Shown: positions 27,146 to 42,374, counted from the stretch's first letter. The stretch: 64,000 nt of DNA from the human T2T-CHM13v2.0 reference genome, Homo sapiens (GCA_009914755.4 CP068257.2:42432001-42496000), one strand, 5' to 3'. Numbers and translations are program-made. Notes: a model not told the origin generated them from the sequence alone.

Positions 27146-28915
27146 CAACGCCAGGGTGAACACACGCCACTTCCCAGCTAGGAGTGCACTTTATGGGACT
27201 GTGACTGGACTCTTCCGTTCTGGCTCCAGCCAGACCTTCAGTGGTCCTGCCTGGCCGTGGGGACATCAGAGAGTGTCATCACGCAGCTGGCCAGCTGAGT
27301 TCTGTTGTTGTTTTCATGCCGCCTGTGATCTCAGATTCCTGCTTTTCTCACCCCGTCCCCATGCTGGTGTCCGACGCCGCTTACTCAGAGCCCTGGCCTC
27401 CCTCCCCCTACCTCACACGCTGCTCATGAAAGTTTCCACCCACGCTGTCTCCACGGAACAGCCTCCGTCTGCTGGCTCTTCGTGGAAGGCCATTTGTCTT
27501 TCAGGTAGACACTCAGCAGCCCTCACGGTCTTAGTGACGTGTGTGCCTTTCTGGTCACACAGCTGCCCAGTTTCCTGATCGGGGTGGATTTGTGTCCCCT
27601 AAGGGGTAAAACAGCCGTTTACCGCAGATCCTCTCATTGTGCTTTTCTAGAATAACACCCTTCTAGGGGAGGCGGGTGGGGGAGGGAGGGATCATAACCC
27701 CTTCTGTGCCTTGGGATGCCGGAGCTGGGGGACCTGGAGGCCCATCAGCCGGAGCCACGTGAAAGGTACTGAAGAAAGCTGAGACCCGGCTGTGAGGAGC
27801 GCCTCAGCGGTGAGGTGGTTTAGGGATAAATGTTTCTGGAACCCTGTGGTCCCCCATAATGTTGATAGAATATCATATGCACTGGGAGTTAAATATATTT
27901 AATTTAATGATCATTATATATGTGGGGGTTAATATGTTGTTTTTCTGTCCCTTTAAAGTCTTTACATGTAATTGTAGCTGTATAATCGTTATTTTTCTTT
28001 TGCATCTTAAGTCTTAGAAATTAAGATATTCCATCGTGAGGATGAGAGAGGTCCTCAGTGTGTTTTTGGTCTGGTTGTAGGGAAGGACTCAAGTCCTGGA
28101 ATGTCCTCCACTGGTCTACTGAGTTGCAGTCACACTGTTCCAATGGATTATTTGCTTTCGGTTGTAAATTTAATTGTACATATGGTTGATTTATTATTTT
28201 TAAAAATACAGACTAACTGATGTAATGTTTATGTATAAGTTGCACCAAAAATCAAGGACAAAAATAAGTGTGTTTGTTTTTACAGGTGTGAAAGTCACAG
28301 CTTGTAAATAAGTGTTGTATGTATTAAACCTTTTCCAGTTCTCCAAAGCGATGTATTTTTGTACACTTGAAATAGAGTACTCTTAATTTACTGGGCAAAT
28401 GTGCTTGGAATTGAACTTGACAAGATTAGCTCAAGCAGATAGAGTCGGGTCCAGCAGTGGGTGGCCCTCGTGTGAATCCCCGTGGATGTGCAAGTTGTGG
28501 AGAGAAGGAGCACCGGGTTCCTGCCCAGCACTGTGCTTGCGGGAGGCGGTGGGGCATGGGAGGAAGGAGGCACAGACCGGGGAAATATGACAGCCGTCAT
28601 TTCCAGTATTCTCTGTGTTGTCTTTTAGCTCATTCAATAAATAAAGGTGGTGTGATTTTTTTTTCCTCCTGTCTTTTTCATTTGTAGAAACTGGAGACGT
28701 GTAAAGAAGATAAATAATTGTGTAATTAAACTTTCCAGAAATTTATCTTCCTCATGTGCAGTTTAACAAACTTGGTCAAACTAGTTAGCAAATTAGAACT
28801 TCAGAATCTAATGATAGTTTAGGGTTTCTAAAATAAGGTTTTTTATTGTAAAAATTGACGATTGCCCTGCATTTCTACCAAGTCCTGTGAATAAAGAGAT
28901 GGGAGATTTGATTCC
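27146..28915 (+). other. TRAPPC10: TRAPPC10 3'UTR, minimum extent. Candidate poly(A) signals: AATAAATAAA at 28636-28645 and AATAAA at 28890-28895, the latter with a GU-rich downstream element. Further AATAAA near 29874, so longer UTR isoforms may run to about 30230
   Basis: Follows the stop codon. AT-rich non-coding sequence with canonical hexamers. The exact cleavage site cannot be fixed from sequence alone. Confidence 0.5.
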
Positions 28916-30302
28916 GTCAGAAGAGACTGTAATCCGTGTCGTCAGCCTGGGAGCCTTCCCCAGTGTAATGTAGCTTTCTCTCTTACCTTCTGGAAGAGGG
29001 AATGTTTCATTTATTACTGTTTGATTTTCTTGTATCTGGTTCTACTCCCAGGATGAAATTATCCAACTACATATATATTTAGAGGAAGAAAGTGAAGGGG
29101 AAATTTAAAATGTTTACGGCGCTTAATTGCCTGGAAATGAAATGAAATCAAATTTATCAGTTTTTTTCCCCCTAATTACCCAAAAGATCTTTTGCAAACT
29201 ATGTTACATGAATGCTTCTGCCTCTTTAAGACAAAGAAGAATGTCACCCAAAATTGTCATTTTTTTCTTAATGTTCATCATAAAAGTCCTAAAAGAGTAA
29301 CTGTAATTGGATGTTTATTGTTTTTATCTAAAGTAAGGTGTATGTGTTTGAGACAAGCTGGTTTTGTTGATAAAGAGATGTTAAATAATTGTGAAGCCAG
29401 ATATGCAATGTGTATCTAAAAAGCAAGGAATTTGCAGCCGTTTTACAAATATCTGTGGAACATGTAAATACTGTCAAATGGAAAATAAAATAAGTTATAA
29501 TTTTTGTGAATTTCATGGGATGTCCTATGATTGGAAAAATTATAACTCTTCTGATTCTAATGTGGAAATTGTTGTATTTAATCTGAAAATGACTTTACCT
29601 ACAACAGTTCCATTGTCAGCACAGCCTAGGAGGGTCAGATTCCTGTATTAATTACTCTTAGTGGAGATGCCAGATATCCCATACAGAATTAGCAGAGAAA
29701 ATACACACAGGCTTCTATTCAAATTTTCTTTAGTGCTTAAAATTAAGTTTTAAAATGAAATCAGACACTGCAGGTTTGTATATAAAATGAAAAGCTATAC
29801 TACTTTTTATAAAAGGGCAAACTGGGCTGATGTAAATGTTTTACTTTCAACTGTGTTCTTTAAAATAAATCCTACCTGGTTTTTAAATTTTATTTTTCAT
29901 GAAAATGCTCCTTTCTCTACATTTATTCATCCTATATACATCAGGCTGTAAGACCCCCCCCAGTCATCATTAATACAATGTGTTGGGATTCTGTGACTGG
30001 AAAAGGTGACAAGTTGGTGACTTTGACACTGCAGGTATTCCATTTTCATGGTTTACTATGAAAAGTCATTTTTCATATTATGTAATATATTGTTAGATTA
30101 AAACCATTGTATTAAGACTTTAAAATGTAAGCATTGTAATTCTGAAAATACACATTTTAAGAAGAAACTATTTTGCACTGGATCTTTTGCTGCGACATGG
30201 TGTGACAACAGTATGTAATGTGAAGATTTTATTGTTTTATCTCCCTAGTCCTTGTTCCTGACTCTTGGGCATAGATTATTTGCCTTTTGGGAAACATTCG
30301 GA

Positions 30303-30592
<290 letters not shown>

Positions 30593-30599
30593 GACTTTA

Positions 30600-31520
30600 T
30601 TCATAATTCCTTACCCAACAGTTCACAAGAACGAAGACATTTGGGTGTGCAGCGCTCTCATGTTGTGGACGCTGCTGTGCCAGGCTGGGCGTCCGTGCGG
30701 AGCGCGCCCAGCGCTGGAGCGCGCCTAAGAGGCGCCCTGCAGTGTGGCTCCGGGGTGTGGGCGGGGCCCGGAGAAGGCCCCGCCTTGGGAGGGGTTGGGC
30801 CTCGCGTTCAAACTCCGCCTCGGGGCGGGGCGAGGGCGACGCAGCTCCTGCCTCCTGGGCCGCTGCGGACGGTGGTGCGCGACCCCGTCCCGGGCGCGCG
30901 CGCTGTGGGCGGTGCACGCCGTCGCTTCCCGGAAGTGCGTGCTGTGGGCGGTGCCGCGCGGACCCCCGGGAAGTGTCTCTGTGGGCGGCCGCCGGGTTGA
31001 GCTGCGGCACACGTGCGACGGCCGTGATGAAGTTCGCTTACCGGGTGAGCGCGGGCGGCGGGCGGTCTGTTGGATCGGCGCGGCTCTTCCGGTGGACGGC
31101 GCCTGAGCTGGCTCCGGGCGGGCTGGGGGCGCGTGGTCTGCTTTTGCGGCGTCTGGCCGCGTGGGGGTCGCCGGCTGTCTGCGCGCCCATGGCCTCGGGG
31201 ACGCGGGGCTGTGGTGGGGCTCCTGGGAGAGCTGGGACGGAGGCGCCGACGGCTTCTCGGAGGGAACAGGGACATTTGTCGGGGTCCCGGGATATTTTTA
31301 ACCTGAGTATGGCCCAACCTAAAGGCTGGAGTTGGTGCAGTCGGGGAGGGCACAGCACCCTCGGGAGGGATGAGGAGGTGGGACGGGGCGGGGACGCGGG
31401 CGCGCGCAGGCGGGGTGAGAACAGCAGGGACCCGGGGCCCGGGACTGGTCCCTAACGAGCGAGCGTCCAGGTGAGCGGAAGGGCGGGGAACCCAGGTGTG
31501 AGCTCTGTTTCCCGAGGCCG
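30600..31520 (+). promoter_or_regulatory. PWP2: CpG island and TATA-less promoter of PWP2. Contains GC box GGGGCGGGG near 30822-30830 and tandem ETS/GABP-type motifs CCGGAAGT at 30929-30936 and CGGGAAGT near 30968-30975, inside a roughly 45-bp direct repeat (CTGTGGGCGGTGC...GGAAGTG)
   Basis: Extreme GC and CpG density beginning just after the Alu at 30300-30592. Motifs read directly from the sequence. ATG at 31027 lies 50-100 nt downstream. Confidence 0.75.
31027..31044 (+). CDS. PWP2: PWP2 exon 1 coding part, MKFAYR. The 5'UTR lies upstream in the CpG island with no upstream ATG in the last 150 nt
   Basis: ATG at 31027-31029 in context gccgtgATGA, donor CGG|gtgagcg at 31045-31046. Splices in frame onto exon 2 (FSNLLG...), and the full 919-aa protein reconstructs. 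Confidence 0.85.
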
Positions 31521-32593
31521 GAGGGAATTCCTGAGGCGGACGCCCTCAGCTTTGAGAGCCAGGGAAGACTTGTCCCAGATGTGAAGTGCAGGAGGCGGGT
31601 GAGACAGGTAATAAGAGGGGGCCGCGGAGCCGGCCTGGGGGTCTCTGAAGCGTTTGCTACAGCTGGCCGGTTATGGGGACGCCTGTGTTTCCCACAGTGG
31701 CCCTGACCGTTGCGCTTCCAGGGTTGCACGGGCCGCCTGCTGCTGAGCCCACCGTGTACTACACTTGTCCTGTCCGAAACTGGGCATGGTACTGGCCCCT
31801 CAGAGTGCTGCTCCTGTGTCCCCTGTGCTGGTGGAGCCACCGCTGTGTGCCCAGCACCAAACCAGAAACCATATCCACGTCCTCACAGGCCAGGACTTCA
31901 TCCGCTCCACATTCCTACTGCAAGGTGGCAAAAAATGTGCCTTGGAGCCTGCCTGGCCGCTTAAAGTCCTTCTGCTGACCAAGCTCCTCCCTGAGGTCCT
32001 GAGGGCGCTGCCCACTCACAGCTTCAGGGCCTGGCTGGTGCCTTCCCATTTAGATTCCAGCTCAGGTGACCCTTCCAGGTGCCTCTCCGTGACCACCGTC
32101 TAAAGTAGCCCCTGCTCCCACACTTCTCATCCCCCTCCTGCTAGAGAGAGAATATAAGGTGTGCGTGTCTGTGCGCATGGCAGTCTCCAGTGAACGCTCG
32201 TGCTCGTGAGTTAGTAAATAGGATGCTGGCTTACCACACTTCTGGAAGCCCTGAGTTCTAAGCACTTTTGGGGTGCTGTTCCATTGTTGCAGCTTTTTTC
32301 TTGGTGAAGTGTGGGCTCCATGCCCCTCTTCACCTGGCAGACGCCTCCTGTCTTGGGAGGCTTCCTCAGTGCTCACAGGGGCATCTTACCCATCTCTGTG
32401 GGAGCTTGGGGCCGCCCGGGCTCCTCTGGTCTCCTGAGGATCAGGCTCACTTCTTCCTCTCTTACCCAGGAAAGGTGAACGGGCCCCCAAGGTGGGGTTC
32501 TCTATGCCATCTCTCTGCCCAGATGCCTCACTTAGTGCTTTTCTGGGAGTCGACTGTTTTCTTTGTGTTAAGACAATTTTGTTTTCTTCACAG

Positions 32594-32706
32594 TTTTCAA
32601 ATTTGCTGGGTACGGTGTACCGGCGTGGGAACCTAAATTTTACCTGCAATGGAAATTCAGTTATCAGTCCCGTGGGCAATAGAGTCACTGTATTTGACCT
32701 TAAAAA
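32594..32706 (+). CDS. PWP2: PWP2 exon 2. Peptide FSNLLGTVYRRGNLNFTCNGNSVISPVGNRVTVFDLK(N)
   Basis: Anchored by ORF 32492..32710. Acceptor ttttcttcacag|T at 32592-32593, donor AAA AA|gtaagt at 32707-32708. Confidence 0.92.
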
Positions 32707-33639
32707 GTAAGTATGTGAAAGTGGTATTCATAATAGTGATACTGATTACTATTATCACCATTTTTTAAGTAACATATGAAAACTGATAGTGTCTTCTGTG
32801 CCTTCCTTTTAATGGTGCACCCGTTAATTAAGGGAGCCCAGGAGAGGACTACAGGACAGACTAGGGTCAGCAGATCAGTTGTGGAAATTGGCAGCCAGAC
32901 CCAGTTCTTCGTTGTAGTGCCTTAGCCAGGCCCCATAAAGTGGTGTGTCACTTGGCTCCGTTCTGTGGGAAGGGACCCTGTCCCTGTGCTGTGAAGGGTG
33001 GGTGGGGGAAAAGGTGTAGCTCAGGGTTAGCCCTTCCCCCATCAGGGAAGGCCCCTAAGGGCTGAAAGGCCAGGGCTGCTGGGGGAGTTGAAGGTACCTT
33101 GGACCCCTGCTCGGGAGCCCTGCTGCCACTGGGCCTCACCAGTCGGACGGGCAGGCCCAAAGCTTCCAGCTCTGCAGCCGGAGGTCAGTTTTATTCGCTG
33201 GGGTTTAGCGGTTTCTTCCTGTGTGCTGTTGCACTTTGCTTCACTTTGTTGCACTCTGGCTCTGTGCGGATGCTGTTTTACCACGAAGCGAAGGTGTGTG
33301 GAAACACTGCTTGGAGAAAGTTGGTCGGTGCCATTTTTCCAGCAGTGGGGGCTCACTTCATGTCTCTGTGTCACATTTTGGTAATTTTGTGATATTTCAA
33401 AGTTTATTATACCTGTGAGGGTGATTTGTGATCATCTTTGCTGTTGCTATCGTGATTGTTCTGGGGTGCCGTGATCCGTGCCCATGTAAGACAGCGAGCT
33501 TAATCGGTAAGCACTGTGTGTGCTGTGCCTGCTCCACCGACCGGCTGTTCCCCACCCCCCCACGTCTCTCTTCCTCTACTTGGGTCTCCCTATTCCCTGA
33601 CACAAACAATGCTGAAATTAGGCCAGTTAATAATGGCCT

Positions 33640-36250
<2,611 letters not shown>

Positions 36251-36521
36251 CGGCTGCGTATGGGGAAGCTGGAATGTGTGTGCCTCACTCAGTTGCAGTG
36301 TAAGCGTTATCTGCAGCATCTCCGCGGGATTCCTGTAGCCCCTTATTTTCCATTTTTCTAGCAACAGTGTTACATGGGTGCACTGTCATGGTGGTTAATT
36401 CCTGTTGGGCACTTAGCTTGCTTCTGGTATTTTGATGTCACACTGAGGCGGAATAATCCTCTCATCATATCATCCTGGAAGCAGAATTGATGTATCCAAA
36501 GCTCATTTTTAAGGCTTTTAA

Positions 36522-37180
<659 letters not shown>

Positions 37181-37362
37181 CAACAATGTCATTTCTTTTT
37201 CAGGAGTGGGGGGTATCCACAGATGAGCTCTGGCTTGTGGGGTCCAGTAAGATTGGAGGCGCTACTTGGGGAGGGTGAGCCGCTGGTCCCAGGCCAGGCC
37301 TGGCCTGTCTCCCTCATGTGACTTGAGGACCAACAGCACACTGTGGTTTTTGTCTTTATCAG

Positions 37363-37457
37363 CAACAAATCTGACACGCTGCCCCTGGCCACTCGGTACA
37401 ACGTCAAGTGCGTGGGGCTGTCCCCGGATGGCCGCCTCGCTATCATCGTCGATGAAG
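37363..37457 (+). CDS. PWP2: PWP2 exon 3. Peptide (N)NKSDTLPLATRYNVKCVGLSPDGRLAIIVDE(G)
   Basis: Acceptor tttttgtctttatcag|C at 37361-37362, donor GAA G|gtacttg at 37458-37459. Coordinates cross-checked against the out-of-frame ORF 37266..37487. Confidence 0.9.
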
Positions 37458-37788
37458 GTACTTGCCCTTGATGTGGGCGGGTACTGAGGGGACCAGTGAG
37501 GAGGACTCAGGGCTGTGTGGGTCTGAAATGATCCGCTCCCCAGTCGCCTCCGTGTTGGGGCCCGGGTGGGGATTGGGGATGAGGGTGTCATGGGCGAGGC
37601 TGCGTCCCCGCCGCAGGCTGTGTCTGTGGCATCACCTGTGGCAGGGCAGGGCCTCATGGCCCTTGGGCATTCTCAGTCCTGACTCCTCACAGTGGACGCG
37701 AGAAAGACCTTTCTCCGTTTTTCCCGTGCTATGTATCTGGGGTGGCCCCTGGGGTAGCTGTGCGGTGGTGACCTCTGGCGTCCTGCAG

Positions 37789-37888
37789 GGGGCGATGCGC
37801 TGCTGGTCAGCCTGGTCTGCAGGTCTGTGCTGCACCACTTCCACTTCAAGGGCTCTGTGCACAGTGTGTCCTTCTCCCCTGATGGCAG
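37789..37888 (+). CDS. PWP2: PWP2 exon 4. Peptide (G)GDALLVSLVCRSVLHHFHFKGSVHSVSFSPDG(R)
   Basis: Acceptor ctggcgtcctgcag|G at 37787-37788, donor GGC AG|gtaagg at 37889-37890. Anchored via ORF 37462..37941. Confidence 0.9.
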
Positions 37889-38234
37889 GTAAGGGGGACA
37901 GCTTGGGGGCAGGAGGGTTCGGCCGTGCATGCCGACGGTGAGGCCCACTGCCCAGCTCGTTTCCCTGGGCCCCGGGTTGTGACGTTGGGTTGGGCACACG
38001 GCCCAAGCTCTGGCATTGGTGACCCCCTTTTCTGGAGGAGAAGGCTTGGTGCGGCCAGGCTGCCCTCCCTCCAGGGCTGTTTCTTCCCTGACTTTTGCTT
38101 CCTCTGCTCCTTGGCCTCCATCCTGCAGGAGGCGGGACTCCAGAAGGCCCAGGTGGGTGCAGGCTGAGACTCCACAGTGGCCTTAGGGCCATTGCTGGTC
38201 TTGAATATCAACTATGTCCGCGTTCCTTCCATAG

Positions 38235-38378
38235 GAAGTTTGTTGTCACAAAGGGTAACATTGCCCAGATGTATCATGCCCCTGGGAAGAAGCGGGAGTT
38301 CAACGCCTTCGTTCTGGACAAGACCTATTTTGGGCCCTACGATGAGACCACCTGCATCGACTGGACGGATGACTCCAG
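38235..38378 (+). CDS. PWP2: PWP2 exon 5. Peptide (R)KFVVTKGNIAQMYHAPGKKREFNAFVLDKTYFGPYDETTCIDWTDDS(R)
   Basis: Anchored by ORF 38095..38553. Acceptor cgttccttccatag|G at 38233-38234, donor TCC AG|gtgcgg at 38379-38380. Confidence 0.92.
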
Positions 38379-38873
38379 GTGCGGCCTCAGAGGCTTCGGG
38401 GGAGCGGGGCTTGAGAGAGGCCCCTTGGACAGGTCACCCCCTTGGGCCCTGCAGCTTCGTTCCGCAATGGCATCTCGGCCTCCTTTGGGGCTGGGCGCTG
38501 CCCACACCATCAGGACTGGCTGGGTGGCTGTGGTCGAGTCTTCGCGGCTCTGAAGTGTGTGCTGTGGCCGAGCCTCCTGCCCCTGCACTGCCCTTTCACC
38601 TGTTTGTCCCAGAAACTGGGAATGCTGTGGTTGGCTCGGGCAGCGTCTGGGAGGAGTTAGGAAGGCAGACAGGGCAGGGACAGCGTCTGGGAGGTGTGAG
38701 GAAGGCAGACAGGGCAGGGGCTGTGCCGGGGTGTCTTCCTGTGCCTGGAGGCGTCTCAGCTCACTCTGAGACCACGTGGGGCTGTAGCGGTCTCCGTGCA
38801 GCCCTCTGGAGCTTGCACCTGGCTGCTTTGTTATGGCCAAGCCCTGAGGAGGTGCCATCTCCCTCTTTTCCAG

Positions 38874-39009
38874 GTGCTTTGTGGTTGGGAGCAAAGACAT
38901 GTCCACCTGGGTGTTCGGAGCCGAGCGCTGGGACAACCTCATCTACTATGCACTGGGGGGACATAAGGATGCCATCGTGGCCTGCTTCTTTGAATCCAAC
39001 AGCCTGGAC
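38874..39009 (+). CDS. PWP2: PWP2 exon 6. Peptide (R)CFVVGSKDMSTWVFGAERWDNLIYYALGGHKDAIVACFFESNSLD
   Basis: Acceptor ccctcttttccag|G at 38872-38873, donor GAC|gtatgtcc at 39010-39011. Coordinates anchored through the overlapping ORF 38177..39040. Confidence 0.9.
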
Positions 39010-39300
39010 GTATGTCCCTTTGCCAAGTTCCCTAGCCTGATGGTGGCCAAAAGCGGCTAGTTCAGGGAGGCCCCAGGCTGCAGGCGGCCTCTTCCTGCGG
39101 TTCCCCCAGGCTGTTCCCGTGTGGCCTGGGGGCATCTAGGGACCGATGGCAGCTGTGGCGGCCCATCGAGAATTGTTCTCAGAGTTCAGAGGGGCCGTCG
39201 GTGCCACTGGTCCCTGGATCTGAGCTGGAGGGAGGTGCCGGGTTGTGGCAGCTGGGCCAGTGTGGCTGGGGCTGGGGTGACCCTGTGCTTCCCCTTGCAG

Positions 39301-39530
39301 CTGTACTCACTCAGCCAGGACGGAGTGCTGTGCATGTGGCAGTGTGACACGCCCCCCGAGGGCTTGCGGCTGAAGCCCCCTGCGGGCTGGAAAGCAGACC
39401 TGTTGCAGCGGGAGGAGGAAGAGGAGGAGGAGGAGGACCAGGAGGGCGACAGAGAGACCACCATCCGGGGAAAAGCCACTCCGGCCGAGGAGGAGAAGAC
39501 AGGAAAAGTGAAGTACTCACGGCTGGCCAA
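39301..39530 (+). CDS. PWP2: PWP2 exon 7. Peptide LYSLSQDGVLCMWQCDTPPEGLRLKPPAGWKADLLQREEEEEEEEDQEGDRETTIRGKATPAEEEKTGKVKYSRLA(K). Carries an acidic poly-Glu tract encoded by a pure GAG/GAA run at about 39409-39435
   Basis: Anchored by ORF 39121..39534. Acceptor cttccccttgcag|C at 39299-39300, donor GCC AA|gtaggtc at 39531-39532. Confidence 0.92.
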
Positions 39531-40659
39531 GTAGGTCTCTGAGGTGTGGTGGGCTGTGGCGGGGCACTCCTGTGGGAATCTCTTGCCCCCAGAGGGATCT
39601 GGATGTGGGGTCCCCAGGGCCGAGGAGTGGGAGGTACAGAGAGCAGGCCTGCGTCTCAGGGCCCCGGTTTGAGCACCCTCGAGTGCTTGGGTGTTGACCC
39701 TGCCCCTTAAGCAGGGTCCCTGCCTCGGCTGTCTGAGCTGCCTGTGTGCCCAGGGCAGGGCAGAGGGCGGTGGGTAGGGGTGCATAGGGGGCAGGGAGGT
39801 GTGCGGGCACTCCGTGACGGGAATAGCAGCACCTTGGGCCCTAAGGGGGTTGGGAGTTGTCTGTGGCCCCACCAGCTTCTGTGGAGTTTGGTGTGGGCGA
39901 TAGTCCCTTGGCCTCGTGCAGGGAGATGCCGGGAGAGCGTTTGGCAAGGGTGGAGGGAGGGACCGGGCTGTGAGTGGGCGCAGCGAGTGGTCTGAGTCCT
40001 GCTTCGGGGCCCGCTGGTGGGTGGTACTTGGTGCTTTTTCAGGCACTGAGCTGGGCCGTGCAGCCCCGCATCCGGACTCAGTCCCCCAGACGAGACGAGA
40101 TGAGATGAGACTGAGCCCGGCCCCACGGACTGCCTGTGGGATGGCCTTAGCTGTGCCTGGAGCCCTGGCAGAGATGCTGCCCTGATTCGGGGTGTCCCGC
40201 GTCTGGGCTGTGGGGGAGGCTGGTCAGGATCACATGAAGGCAGAGTTGCCCGCAGCTATGGTGTCTCCGTCACCCGGGTGCCCCAGCCTGGGCCCCTCCT
40301 TGCTGCAGTTGCTTAGCGCCTGCTGTGTGCAGGGCTCTGAACTTGGCACTGAGACACACTGCCCACCCTTGTGAGGCCTCCTCTCCGCCGGGGAGGAGAG
40401 GTGCAGTGATGAGGTGGCTGCGTGCGGAGGTGGGCGGCAGTTGGGGTCCCTGGGTGGGGAAGGCGCCCACACAAGGCCCTGCCTGTGGAGGGAGCCAGGC
40501 GGCCAGAACGGGCTGCCTTTGGAGGGGTTGGGGTCTGCTGGGTAGGTGGGAGTTGTGGCCATGAGAGCCCTGGGTCTGAGGAGCAGGGAGGGCCGGCTGG
40601 ACTCCAGTGGGAGGAGGGTGCTTTGCCAAGGGCAGCGGAGTTGGAGGGTGGCCAGAACA

Positions 40660-40748
40660 GGTCCAAGTGGGTCAGTGCCCACAAGTGAGTCAGTGCCCGC
40701 GGGTGGGTCAGTGCCCGTGAGTGAGTCCGTGCCCGTCAGTGCCCGCGG
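40660..40748. repeat. 14-bp tandem repeat GTG(G/A)GTCAGTGCCC, about 6 copies, in PWP2 intron 7. One copy carries a perfect TGAGTCA (AP-1/TRE) heptamer
   Basis: Visible in gtgggtcagtgcccacaagtgagtcagtgcccgcgggtgggtcagtgcccgtgagtgagtccgtgcccgtcagtgcccgc. Confidence 0.8.
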
Positions 40749-41432
40749 GGACTTGGGGGTGTTGTGCTGGAGTCAAGACTTGAACGGGGACTGGAGGAAG
40801 AGGAAGGGATGATGGGCCCCCCAACCCCGCCCTGGGGAAGGGAGGTTCCAGGCAGCTCCAGGAAGACAGTGTGCCTGCTAGGCGGGGACTGCGGGCTGTC
40901 AGCGCGAAACATGTGAAGGGAGGGCCTGCTGCATTGGCAGCCAGTGCTCCCTGTCACTTGTTCAGGAGGGACGGGGTCCAGAAAGGAGAGGGAAGGACCA
41001 GGGCTGAGCTACAACGTGACTTGGGGAGGTTTTGAGGGCGGGGGTGCCATCAGGGTCACCTTCGTCTGCTGATGGGGACCGAGGGTTCCTTAGAGGAGGA
41101 AGCAGCAGGGGATGATGGGATTCGGGTGTGCCTGGCGGCCATGCCGCGCCTCCCGCACCTCCTCTGCCTCCCATGGGCACTGCTGTCTCTGGGTGCACCA
41201 CTAGCTCTGCTGTGGGGCCAGCTGGCGACAGTGGAGATGCTGTGTGAGGTTCCTTTGGGGTCCCGAGCTTGGGATGGAGGCGGGCAGCTTCAGGGCCTGG
41301 GGTGGAGAGGGAGAGGGCAGGTCTGGGACCTCCTGCCTGGATCTGTGGCCTGTGTCCTGGAGCCCAGAGCAAGCTGGGGTGGCAGTCTGGCTCTGCGCTC
41401 CTCCTCACAACTCTTCTCTCTCGTCAATTCAG

Positions 41433-41576
41433 GTACTTCTTCAATAAAGAAGGGGATTTTAACAACCTGACAGCTGCAGCATTTCATAAGAAGTCTCACC
41501 TCTTGGTCACTGGCTTTGCTTCTGGAATCTTCCATCTTCATGAGCTGCCAGAGTTTAACCTCATCCACTCCCTGAG
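41433..41576 (+). CDS. PWP2: PWP2 exon 8. Peptide (K)[47 protein letters not shown](S)
   Basis: Anchored by ORF 41269..41580. Acceptor ctctctcgtcaattcag|G at 41431-41432, donor CTG AG|gtaagcc at 41577-41578. Confidence 0.92.
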
Positions 41577-41928
41577 GTAAGCCTTTGCTCGCAGTGGGGT
41601 GTGGTTTTATGCACTCACTGGCCCTGAATCTGAGGGCCCAGCCAAGCCTGCCCTTAGCAGTGGGGGCAGCAGAGCCACTTGGAGCGCCGGCTCAGGCCAC
41701 AGGACGGCAGCCCGAAACCTGCCCGGCCGCTGGTGCTGGTCAGTGCGACAGTGTTGCCGCCCCCACTGGCAGTCAGCAGCATTGGTCTCGGGTCAGTCAC
41801 AGCCTTTCAAGTTTTTGTCTCCGCTTTTCTTCATCTGTGAGACACAGAGAACGAAAATACTATGCTCATAAAATTGTGAAGTTGCAAGTTGTTGAACCCT
41901 GGCCTCCCCTCTGGGCCTTCTCTGATTC

Positions 41929-42214
41929 TTTTCTTTGAGACAGAGTCCTGCTCTGTCGCCCAGGCTGGAGTGCGGTGGCGTAATTCGGTTCACTGCAACC
42001 TCCGCCTCCCGGGCTCAAATGATCCTCCCACTTCAGCCTCCTGAGGAGCTGGGGCCACAGGTGTGCGCCACTACACCCGGCTAGTTTTTAAATTTTTTGT
42101 CGAGACGGGTCTTGCTGGGTTTTCCCAGCCTGGTCTTGAACTCCTGGGTTCAAGCAATCCTTGCCTCCGCCTCCCAATGTGCTGGGATGACAGGCGTGAG
42201 CCACTGCACCCAGC
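41929..42214 (-). mobile_element. Alu, antisense, in PWP2 intron 8
   Basis: Starts TTTTCTTTGAGACAGAGTCCTGCTCTGTCGCCCAGGCTGGAGTGCGGTGG... Confidence 0.9.
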
Positions 42215-42374
42215 CCTCTGATACTTGAACTGAAGTGAATTGTTGAGTCTGGTGAGTGGGTGGGGTAAGCTCTGCACACAGGGATAGAATCTGGTGTCTG
42301 GGGCTGCCCTGAGTGGGCACTGGGGCTTCAGCCCGGGCAGGCTGGCCTCCCACTTACAGGCCCGTTCTCTGCAG

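Noticed and set aside
30597-31840. Dense cluster of 100-240-aa ORFs on both strands around 30600-31850 (Arg/Pro/Gly/Ala-rich)
   Set aside because: CpG-island composition, with very high GC suppressing stop codons. The real coding content is only PWP2 exon 1, MKFAYR.
39186-40046. 286-aa minus-strand ORF antisense to PWP2 exon 7 and intron 7
   Set aside because: Proline-rich low-complexity product in a region of more than 65 percent GC. Most parsimoniously a chance ORF.
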